NCBI GenBank assembly: GCA_002269645.1
Contig: NIVC01003943.1
Location: 4,492-68,491, forward strand
From: Macrostomum lignano
Taxonomy: Eukaryota
Direction of reading: 5' to 3'
DNA length: 64,000 bases
Shown here: positions 1-9,286 of the stretch, one piece after another
Numbering within the stretch: position 1 is the stretch's first letter
How the letters are laid out: each line of letters opens with the position of its first letter
Made by a program: the position numbers and the translations under genes
The notes under the pieces: generated by a model
Seen by the model: the letters and a program-made list of their open reading frames with translations, nothing else
Told to the model about the DNA's origin: nothing
The model's database searches: none

Positions 1-92
1 TTGCGGTGAGCTGTGCATGACTGTTTTGTATGCAATGACCAAAACACGAAAGACCTACAAGGAAATTATTCTTGGCTGTGTTTCCTAGGGGT

Positions 93-749
93 TCATTGTG
101 CATTTCTCGTTGTCCTTCTCGTTGTCCTTCTTTCCACATAATGTTGAAGAACTTTCTCGAGTTCATTTCTCAGCTGACTCATGTCATCAGTACCGACCAT
201 GTTCAAGTTCATTCGAATTGATTGTTCATAAAGATCCTGAATGGTTTTGAACTCATCCTCTGAAATGAACTTATCATCGATTGCCCTTGAAATGTACCCT
301 ATGATTGAAGTGTGCACCCCTTTCTCTTTTACTTGCTTCTCCTGTAGCTGCTTTAGTTTTTTTCGCCTGTTTCGCGCTACTGCTCCAGTAATTGCTGAAA
401 TAAGTCCACATGCAGCACCCACAGAGCCGAGCGGGATTGCGATTGGGGCTGTGATGACTGGCAACGTTGAGACAGCTGCAGCAGATCCAGATAGAACAGA
501 CACAGATCCTAGAATCATATTGCTGTAGTCGAAAAATTTACAGTGGCTTTCATAGCGCTTAATTTTCTTTGTGTTGTGGAAAATATTTTTTTCAAGATCA
601 TCGCGCATTTTTTGAATCTCCACCAGTCGAAACTGTTGAGAGTTACAAGTAATGACGGGGTAGAGTTTTTGTTGCTCATATTGGGGTGCACTAGGTGCAC
701 TAGGTGTTGTGGGAGCGTTCGGATCATAAAGAGAATTTTGAGCATCCAT
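93..749 (-). CDS. Viral two-helix membrane protein of the family seen in Polintons/adintoviruses (GasderminX-like annotation, recalled, unverified)
   Basis: QQFRLxEI motif, hydrophobic hairpin SNMILGSVSVLSG...IAIPLGSVGAACGLISAITGAV, basic stretch RNRRKKLK, C-terminal ISRAIDDKFISEDEF; N-terminal PSAPSAP and LYPVI. Confidence 0.65.
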   Translation of the reverse strand: MDAQNSLYDPNAPTTPSAPSAPQYEQQKLYPVITCNSQQFRLVEIQKMRDDLEKNIFHNTKKIKRYESHCKFFDYSNMILGSVSVLSGSAAAVSTLPVITAPIAIPLGSVGAACGLISAITGAVARNRRKKLKQLQEKQVKEKGVHTSIIGYISRAIDDKFISEDEFKTIQDLYEQSIRMNLNMVGTDDMSQLRNELEKVLQHYVERRTTRRTTRNAQ

Positions 750-855
750 TTTTAAGGGAATTTTTTAAAAAAATCGGCAACTAGTTGGTGGTGGTTAGAT
801 TTGTTTTACGGTTGATTGCTTCGTCTGCAGTGACGGCAACGGTCTCTGAATCTGC

Positions 856-1585
856 CTATTCATTATCTGTGAGCTCCATTCTACGCATGATCTCAAACAA
901 GTCGGTTGGATCACTTGTTTCCCTTGTGGTCTGTGGTGCCTCTTCAGCGTCAATGTTTTTGAGATTATGCAAGCGTTCAAGACGACCGATTCTTCTCACC
1001 GATTTCTGCCATTCGGTAAAAACTAAATCTACAAAGACTTTATTTGCAGTAATTCTTACTTTGATTTGATCATGCAACGCTGTTGACTGAGTCATGAACT
1101 CTTCTAAATTCCTCACTTTACATGTGTTGGTTGCGACGTTTTCTATAATTCTATCATGCAATGCTGTTGACTGGTTCATGAACTCTTCTAAATTATTTAC
1201 TTTAGCTGTGTTTGTGAAAACTCCTCCTTCAAGAATGCGCATCCGCCTATCAATGGAGTTTCCCAGAAGATTAACTGATGATCTCAAGCCGTTGATTAGC
1301 GAGACTAACGAAGTTATTTCTGACCTAAGTTCATTAGTTTCGTTTAACAACGGCATATAAAGCTTATCACTTTCAAACTTCTGCCTAGCTACTTTAAGCC
1401 TGAGATCTTCCATGTTTATTTGCAACTGGTGCATGGAGCGCTCTAGGTTTCAGTCTGTTTTTATTCAGTTTGATCTCTGGGATCTTTTCGTCGCTGTTGA
1501 TATATCGCCTGTCAAGGATGGATATCTGAGCTGATGTAAGAGCGCTGTTGCCAGAAATGGATTCACCTGCAAAGTTTATCGACAT
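856..1585 (-). CDS. Viral coiled-coil protein of unknown function, one frameshift near 1445-1450
   Basis: ORF 1394-1585 (MSINFAG...) joins ORF 856-1434 (…LERSMHQLQ…) across one indel; heptad-like sequence; internal ~28-aa duplication NLEEFMxQSTALHD. Confidence 0.5.
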
Positions 1586-1601
1586 CTTTTAATAGCAAAT
1601 T

Positions 1602-2402
1602 TTAAATTACAGTTCTTTTTTCTTTGCTGATAATCACAAACTGGTAAGGCTGATTCCACTTGTCATAGCAAAGATTAACGAATTCCTCTTGTGAAATCTT
1701 TCTGCTTGAGTTTTTTGTTGGATTTATGAAATAGGCAGGCGCAATGACCTCATTGTAAAATCTTTTTAACCTGTCCTGTGGAATGGTTGGAAACAGGAGA
1801 ATCAGATTGCAGTTCCCACGAATTGTTTTGTTCGGGAGCTCGAACCAGTTCTGTGCAATGTAAATTACATTACAATTGTTATGTCGCCCTCTTGTAAAAT
1901 AGTTTTCTATCTGCTTCTGTGGGCCTGTCATACAATCATCAAAGACGATCAAATGCTTTCTCCCCTTTTCTAGCTCATCTGGTTGGGGTAGAAGTTTGGT
2001 CTTTGGATCAGCCTGTGGATCTCCATAGGTGAACACTTTAATGTTCTGCCATTTTTCATTGTCTTTGAGGTGCTTTGCATATTCAGCAGCTACAATTTCT
2101 GGGTTACTGGGAAGGATTTGTTGGTTATTAAAACATTGAATAATGTCCTCTTTGTTCAGTTTGTTTTGCAATCCAGAAATCAGCATTTTATACTCATCTT
2201 GATACAGTGTGGGAGAGTAGATGTGCAGAGTGTCATAGTCGATAAAGCCAGGTCTAAGAAGCATGTTAAAGACTCTGAATGTTTTACCTGAACCTGATGA
2301 ACCAACAACAATGCATCTGAAGTGACTCGGGATTGACTCATGATGAGAAAACTTAATCTGATTACGTGTCCAGTGAGGATTGAAGTCGTTTGAAAAGTCC
2401 AT
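1602..2402 (-). CDS. A32/FtsK-HerA family DNA packaging ATPase
   Basis: Walker A IVVGSSGSGKT, Walker B LIVFDD, and family motif YFTRGRHNNCNVIYIAQ...IRGNCN. The likely start is ATG 2402 (MDFSNDF); the track's longer N-terminus is a tandem repeat. Confidence 0.92.
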   Translation of the reverse strand: MDFSNDFNPHWTRNQIKFSHHESIPSHFRCIVVGSSGSGKTFRVFNMLLRPGFIDYDTLHIYSPTLYQDEYKMLISGLQNKLNKEDIIQCFNNQQILPSNPEIVAAEYAKHLKDNEKWQNIKVFTYGDPQADPKTKLLPQPDELEKGRKHLIVFDDCMTGPQKQIENYFTRGRHNNCNVIYIAQNWFELPNKTIRGNCNLILLFPTIPQDRLKRFYNEVIAPAYFINPTKNSSRKISQEEFVNLCYDKWNQPYQFVIISKEKRTVI

Positions 2403-2442
2403 TTTTTCTATGATGAAAAAAAATTTAAATAATAAATAATGT

Positions 2443-2630
2443 AGATGTGTCATTTCGGGACTTAGATGTGTCATTTTGGGACTTAGATGTGTCATTTTGG
2501 GACTTAGATGTGTCATTTTGGGACTTGGATGTGTTATTTCGGGACTTAGATGTGTCATTTTGGGACTTAGATGTGTCATTTTGGGACTTAGATGTGTTAT
2601 TTTGGGACTTAGATGTGTCATTTCGGGACT
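2443..2630. repeat. 21-bp minisatellite (~9 copies) inside the viral element, upstream of the ATPase
   Basis: Unit gggacttagatgtgtcatttt, read directly. Confidence 0.95.
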
Positions 2631-2672
2631 AGTCTTGTACCTTTACATTTCTTGTACCCTCGGAAAGTACCT

Positions 2673-3061
2673 TTAGTCAAATTTGAAACCACTTCCTTTT
2701 TTAATGCTTGCTCTCATCTTCTCATAGACTGCAGGGTCCACACTGTCTGGGTTTGGGGCCAGCGGGGCCAGCGGGGCCAGTGGAGGTTGAATCTCTTGTT
2801 TAGGTGTTACAGTATCCTTTATCTTTTTGGCTGCTGTGGCTACACTGCCAGCCGCTTCGGCAACGTTCTTGATGTTCTCTTTGTTCTCTCCAATGACCTT
2901 AAAAATCTTAGCCCCCTGAGCGATCAAATCGGCAAGGCCATTCCCGAGCGCTCTTTTCTTGGATAGTGGCCTGCAGGGAAAAGTCCAGATCCGCGTTTAA
3001 TAAGATTAAGTTCCTCTTTGTCATAGTATTTGTCAATGTCTTTTTCGAAAATAATTGGCAT
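2673..3061 (-). CDS. Small viral core-like protein with GxG motifs, one frameshift near 2977
   Basis: MPIIFEK...KRGSGLF joins CRPLSKKRALGNGLADLIAQGAK...KKGSGFKFD if one base is restored in the ccc run; Ala/Lys-rich middle. Confidence 0.55.
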
Positions 3062-3078
3062 CTTTTTTAAATAGATAT

Positions 3079-4291
3079 TTATTTTTTGTTGAACCGCGAA
3101 AGCAGAAGCTCTCTCGCCCTCTTATCGATGTATTTTCTCTCAAGCATTTTATTGAGGATGTTGACAAATTCTTTTCTATTTTCATCTTTCATTCCGGTCT
3201 TTGCCGCTCCTAGAAGAACCGCTACTCGCTTGTAGATTTCAGAAATTCCTTTTCCAGTTGAGGGCGGTTGGTCTTGGGGTTGTGGAGTTGGTTGGGCTTG
3301 TAGCTGCTGGGGAGGTGATGCAAAAGACTGCTCACTTTCAGAGATGGAACTGTCATGTGGTGCCTGTCTTTGTTGAGGTGTGAAAACTCTTTGATTGATT
3401 CTATTCATTCGATCTGGAGAGTGTTGTTCTAAGCGTTGCCAGTCTGTTGGGTTTTGTTTCTTATATTCAGCTACTTTCAAAGGGTCTAACTGCTCGAGTT
3501 GACTGAGTACTTGTTCTTCTGTGAAATGTTGCTGCTGTTGTGGCGGTCGTTGTTGTTGTTGTGGTTGCTGTTGCTGTTGTTCTAGATATTTCATCTGATC
3601 AATGACTTCCCCCTGATCTGGCAAACCAAACCATTGTTTAAAGTGCTTGTACTTTTTGAATTTAGTCAGGTTGACACCGTTATCATACATAAGTCTCAGG
3701 ACTTCTGGGGCCTTTAGTATTTCTATATCTCTAGCAAGAGCAAAAGTCACTAGATCTCTATAGTTCTTTAGCTGCTTGTCCGAGATTCTCTCTTGGTTCT
3801 TGGTCATAAAAGTCAGTAAGGCGTCTGTGAAAGGAATTTTCATAGCTTCTAGCCTTTGACAACAGAAATATTTTCCTTATTTATGTCGATATAATATTCC
3901 ACTGGTTCATTATAAATGTTTTTTCTCCACATACTTATTCCAAATACATATTTCCCATCATGTTCGACACGCTCTACTGGTCCAAAAATGTTATCTGTCA
4001 CTTTTAGTTGCTGTTGTGGTTGTGATTGTTGTGGTTGCGGCTGTATCTGTGGTGCTTCTGGAATTTTGCCCAAAACCTTTTGCCTTGGGTTTCCTGTATG
4101 TCGTCGATAGTTTCTTTGACCTGATCAATATTTTTCTTAGCTTCTCCATACCCGGGCTTATGAAACTCTGTGGCTGCTTGGACAAACTCATTGTAGGATT
4201 GTTGCTCCTTATTTATTAGCCCGGTAACTCGTTTCTCTGCTTGTGCTAGCTTTTCTAGTTCAGATATCTGCTGTGTACTTTTTCGCTTCAT
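3079..4291 (-). CDS. Conserved Polinton-type structural protein, split into 3 ORFs by two single-base frameshifts (~4073, ~3852)
   Basis: DNIFGPVERVEHDGKYVFG, LLTFMTKN...KQLKNYRDLV and C-terminal TGKGISEIYKRVAVLLGAAKTG resemble a recurrent Polinton/adintovirus protein; Gln-rich linkers. Confidence 0.55.
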
Positions 4292-4321
4292 TTCTTATTT
4301 TATTTTATTTTTAGTTAAAAA

Positions 4322-5606
4322 ATGAACGACCACTGACACCAGTTTTCTACAAAATTAACAAGCCTATTTTGAGTGATGATAGCACAATCAAAGCGACTCA
4401 GGTAAGAGTTCCCAGTCAGGAAAATCAGAATGAAACTAATCTTGGTCCTGGTCAAACACTGACATTTACATACAATGGATGTTCGTCTTTGGTTAGTGTG
4501 CACAGTCTTAAGAGCGGCTTCCATATGACATTTCAATTCAAGACAAAGGGTGGTGCGGATGCGGCTCGTGCTAACGTTGACAAGCATGATGCGGATGTGG
4601 CTCTGATCAGTAACTTTTGGGCGTACATGTTCAAGGAGTTTAGTGTATCGAATGGGAGCACTGAGTTGGAGCGAATCGCCAACTTTGGAATTGTCTATGA
4701 CGCTCATTGTTTGATCGAGAATCCTGATTTTATTCAATTGGGAAGTGGTGCGGGTTTTATTGCAGATGAAAAAGAAGGAGACACCAATGACAGTGGCTAT
4801 AAAAAGAGGAAGAAGAGATACAACTATGCATTGCAAGGTGCTGATGATGCTGCTAAGAACCCGCTGTATCGGTCTGTTGATGTATTTGTACCATTGAGAT
4901 TCATGAGTGGATTCTGTAATACATTTAATCGACTGACTAGTAACTTTAGCTACACCTTTAGATGACTAGAGATGATCGCAGTAGAGTGTTGTGGACTGGG
5001 GCGGACCACACAAGGATGGAGGTGAAGCTAACCGGAATCGAGCTGTATTTGGAAGTCATTGAGCCAAAGACTGCACTAAAAGCTGATTATCTTAAGGCAA
5101 TAGAGAAGGACATTGATGTTGCATACACGGCCTACATGTGTCGAGATGAGCGAAACGAAACTAGAACAAACATCTGCATTAAAGAGGGATCATGCAGCAA
5201 TCCAAGGTATATCATTATTAATATGAGAAACCCAAATAGCATTATACGCTACATGCATGGAGACGTGCGGTCCATTCAGCATGAAATCAGTGATAATCTT
5301 TACCCTGCACTGCCACAAAATGGAGATTTCAGTCAGAACAAGATTAGCAAATTTTATAGCGAGTTGGTCGACTTGGCTGTGAAAGAGAACAATGGAATTG
5401 CTATCACTGCTCTTCAATATGGAACTCTATATCCAATGTTTGGCGCTGATGTGTCTGCCAGACAAATGCCTACTGATAACAGCCCTGTGAATATCGTGAC
5501 TAACATTGAGAGGACTGTCGCAACACCCGTGGACTTGTACATTATCTATGCATTTGAGAGGAAGGTGAAGCTTAACATGATCAACAATTCATCCAGTAAA
5601 GTTTAA
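4322..5606 (+). CDS. Major capsid protein (double jelly-roll, Polinton/adintovirus hexon-like), ~428 aa after restoring two bases
   Basis: Repaired N-terminus MERPLTPVFYKINKPILSDDST; beta-rich sequence; KLTGIELYLEVIEP, NPRYIII, YPALP, YGTLYPMFGADVS, LYIIYAFERKVKL pattern; directly upstream of a penton-like gene. Breaks at ~4324 and ~4960. Confidence 0.8.
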
Positions 5607-5632
5607 ATATTTTTTTTGTGGGTGAAAAAAAA

Positions 5633-6495
5633 ATGGAAGCTATAGCCGAAAGACTAAACAACATTGTTTCACACTCCAAGGAGAGCATTCCTATTACAAT
5701 AACTGGGCGAATTAATGACTCAAACGGGATGTTTGTTGAAAAATTAGAGCAGGCGATTCGCCTGGATCCAGGCGCTAATTACCATGTCTATCTTAACGAC
5801 TTCACTGGTTGGTCAAACGTTCCCAATGTGATGGCAGCAAATAATAAGTTTTATTACAAATGGAAAGGTGCAGCAGCAGACCCTGTGGTATTCCATGTGA
5901 GCACGCAAAGTGTGGATACCTACAATAACTTTCTAGAAAACGTCTTTACTAAAAGAGGCCATTTTGAGACACCTGATATGAGTAAGCCAGAGAAGAAACT
6001 GTTCCCTGTTAAACTAACCTATGATCTCACTGTAATGAGAGTGGTCATGCAAGTTCACAAAGATGCGGAGGTTGAGTTTAAAGATGACACTTGGTATAGG
6101 GAATTGGGATTCGTGAAGAAAGTTTATAAGGCAGAATCCACAGCGCGGACTGTCACTCAAGCATCGGGGGCCGTTAGCATGGCCCGGGAAAGTGTACGCG
6201 GTTTGTTCTTAGCACCCAATATAGCAGACATTGTAAAGGGTTTGAATATTCTAATCAGAAGCAATCTCAGTCTTGATTGGGTATTTAAGGGAAAGCGAAC
6301 GAATATTTTGTACAACATCTCCAACTCTGTTGCTGGAGGACAGATGGTGGTAGAGAAACCAAATCCAGTGAAAAGAGTTGTATTGAGTAATAAAGAGATT
6401 CACGAGATTGTGCTACAGTTTGAGACTGAAGATGGGATGGGCGTTGATTTTAATGGGAAGAGTTTGTATTGACGTTGATCATTGAAAGAATGTAA
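5633..6495 (+). CDS. Minor capsid protein (penton, single jelly-roll)
   Basis: FTGWSNVPNV...NNKFYY, ILIRSNL, ILYNI, EKPNP, IHEIVLQFETEDGMGVDFNG. Adding one g at 6455-6457 gives the family-type end FNGEEFVLTLIIERM* (stop 6493-6495). Confidence 0.82.
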
Positions 6496-6499
6496 GAAA

Positions 6500-6739
6500 T
6501 CACAATTGTCTAATGATTTCTACAAAGTTATAGTAGCTGTCGTAATCTTTTACATAGGTTACTCCATACTTATGAAACCAGTGTCTTTGGAGAGCTAGAT
6601 TAATATTAGGGACATTGATATCAACGTCGGGCCAATATTTTCTCATGTACTCGCTGCATTCAAGTTTGCATCGGTACTTACTCTTGTAATTAGGCTCGTG
6701 CGCTTTGTAATAAGAACCTGGAGAAACAACTGGAAACAT
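6500..6739 (-). CDS. Small viral orphan protein (79 aa, Tyr-rich)
   Basis: Intact ATG ORF convergent with the penton, tightly packed, with the same TAAAAATG start context as other viral genes. Confidence 0.45.
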   Translation of the reverse strand: MFPVVSPGSYYKAHEPNYKSKYRCKLECSEYMRKYWPDVDINVPNINLALQRHWFHKYGVTYVKDYDSYYNFVEIIRQL

Positions 6740-6855
6740 TTTTAGAGAAAATTTAATTTTTTTTTCAAAGGGTAAGGACCCTGGGTTAGGGGGTTTAAAG
6801 TTTTAGGGATCTGGTTTCATGTTGCGAATTGAATGTGGGGAGAAGAATGCATATT

Positions 6856-7157
6856 TTTTTCTGATTGTTTCGAAGATGCTATGGATGGATGTCAGTGGAT
6901 TATGTCTGTGTCAGTGAGCATAACAGGTGTCCTACTGTTATGCTCTGATTCTGTCAGGGATAATATGGATGGATTTAATGGGATTATGGAGGATGTTTTG
7001 TGAGCGAGTGCGACCCCCCTTTTTTTCTGATTCTGTCGGGGATAATATGGATGGATTTAGGTGGATTATGGAGGACGTTTTCGGAGCGAGTGCGACCCCC
7101 CTTTTTTTCTGATTCTGTCAGGGATAATATGGATGGATTTAATGGGATTATGGAGGA
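6856..7157. repeat. ~82-bp subterminal direct repeats (about 3.5 copies) with an 11-bp perfect hairpin
   Basis: Unit ctgattctgtcagggataatatggatggattt...gagcgagtgcgaccccc; hairpin gagcataacag (6916-6926) / ctgttatgctc (6935-6945). Confidence 0.85.
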
Positions 7158-8269
7158 GGTGAAAAATTTTGTCCCAGAAGCCCCCTCATGCCTTCTACGT
7201 ACCATCAAGCACACGGAAATTAAATTTGAAAGTAAATCTAAGCAAGATTAGCAGTTGCATAACATAAGTAGAGGTCTGCTAATCGCAGGTGCAAAAATAA
7301 AAGCAAAAAAATACTAGGGCTGTTAGCAGTCCGACAAGTTTTTCGTTGCCAATAAATGAAGCGGACTGAAATTGGTGCTTTGAACTGCGAGGCCCAGGTT
7401 AGCCAGATTCCTTAGCGCAGTAACGATCTATTGCTGAATCATTGCTTTGCTTTAGATGCGAGTTTGGCGAAATACTCCAATCGTAAACTTCATAGCACAC
7501 AGCGATTTAAGCGATTTTATAGGGAGCGAAAGGGGTCTTATGAGATCGATAACAAGGGGAAAAGCAAAATATGGTGTATTGCCGTTACTTTACTGTACGC
7601 CCGCCGCTCCCAATGTAGGTAAAGCGTCAAACTTTGCATCATGTAAAAGAAAACAAAATTTCGAACAATCTGGCGAAAAATTATCATTTTAAGTGCAATT
7701 GATCCAGAGTTATAAGCAGTTTAGCTGCAATGCAAACTTTAAAAAATTGCCATATATTTCGAGTGTTGTGTCCTTCTACTAAGTAGTCCTTGTTGCGAAC
7801 CCATATGCGAACATTCCTATTTAGCCAATTCGTTCATATGATATTTATGCAGCACGCCACGGCCTTTTGCGAAATAATACTTTTTGTGGTGCTTAAATAA
7901 AAAAACGAATTAATAATGTACAAAAGGGGTTTTGCACATTTTGAAGCGAGGGGGAGGTGTATTTGGGTGTAATTAAAAACCGGATAGATTTACTTTTACA
8001 CTACTAACAGTAGTTTCCAGTAGCAGAAACATCAGTAACAGTAGCAGAAACAGTTGAGGTTTTGGGGGAATCTTTATAAATACAGGGTTACCGAAATTTA
8101 GAAACGGCTGAGAGAGTTCGTATTTTTAACCATATGTAAAGTTCTTAGTTTGCATCGCGCTGCATCCTAGATACGAGTGCGACGGCTATGAGGTCAATAC
8201 AATGAGGTCCTGAGGTCAGCACGGAATTTACGAAGAGAAGGCTGCGCGCAAGTTCAAAGGGACCCAAGG

Positions 8270-9024
8270 ACGCTACATGTTGCTCTTTCAACTGCATTCC
8301 GTGTTTGCAGCCGCAGAGAGCAACGTCTGGCGCGCCAGTTTCACGTTGCAGTCATTGAGAGTGGCGAATGCGACCGGATAGGCAATCGGGTGGAGCTTGG
8401 CGTCCGTATTTCCTGGCTGCCGCACTCAAGTTCGGGTTCCGTCGCCGGGAGCAAGAAGCAAGCTTCGAACCAAGACGATGCTACTGAGGATCACCCAGAC
8501 TGCGACCCGAAAGAAGACACCGGCACCAAGCGCCGGCACGGTACGTACAAAGGCGCCAGGCAAGATGGTGGCGACCAAAGACATTGCGCGATGCCAAATC
8601 TCGAACTCTGATGAGGAGTCCAATGCCACCGAACAGGAGTGAGCAATGTTCGTTTTATTTAAATTCCATGTCAGCACAGCATACCTAAAGCAACGGCAAG
8701 CATGTCTAAGTCTAGTGAAAATCAACTCGGCTTTACTTGTTTCGGGCATAATTTGTTTGGCTGCTTGTCTGCTGGGCTCGAAGATTTGCGTGATTTTTAG
8801 GCATGGATTTCGCTGCATTACTCGCTTGCAATAACTAAATGCCCAACGTTAGTGCCGTCACCCAAAATCGAGAACACGCCCTTCCTCGGCCACCTCACTA
8901 TGAGACATGCTTGCTGCAAGGGCTTAGGCAAAACGGTCTTTAATGCTGTTGCGTTGGCGGCGGCTGCGATAGCAGTATAGTATGGAGCATTCCACCATCT
9001 ACTGCTGGACCGGAAGCGTCTCAT
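8270..9024 (-). pseudogene. Possible broken membrane-protein (GPCR-like?) coding remnant
   Basis: Hydrophobic segments LVATILPGAFV and GVFFRVAVWVILSSIVLVRSLLL, and downstream LHPIAYPVAF (NPxxY-like), spread over several frames. Confidence 0.2.
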
Positions 9025-9286
9025 GGAACAAAGGAAATCAAAATTTTGGTAAAAGATTTACTTAATTGCTAAGGCATATTCGTATAAACTTTAGGCGAAC
9101 AAAGAACAGATTCCTCGGATGAGGATGCCACAGGGGAGCATCCAGACGCCGTTTAAAATAATTATGTACATTATAAAAAATATGTATCGTTAACTCGCAT
9201 GAGTCCAATTTTAAAATTCTCGAAAATTCTTGGCTTTTGTAAGAAATACTGGCTGGTCACAGTCCCTATTTTACGTCCTAGATGTC

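Larger units (their letters stand above)
1..7196. mobile_element. Endogenous Polinton/adintovirus-like dsDNA virus, structural and packaging module (left part outside window; right end approximate)
   Basis: Compact, intronless gene cluster with packaging ATPase, MCP-like and penton-like genes, GxG core-like proteins and terminal direct repeats. pPolB, integrase and protease are not in the window. Confidence 0.85.

Noticed and set aside
2403-2621. MTHLSPK-repeat N-terminal extension of the ATPase in the ORF track
   Set aside because: It is the translated 21-bp minisatellite; ATG 2402 has the viral start context and begins family-like sequence. Kept only as a minor possibility.
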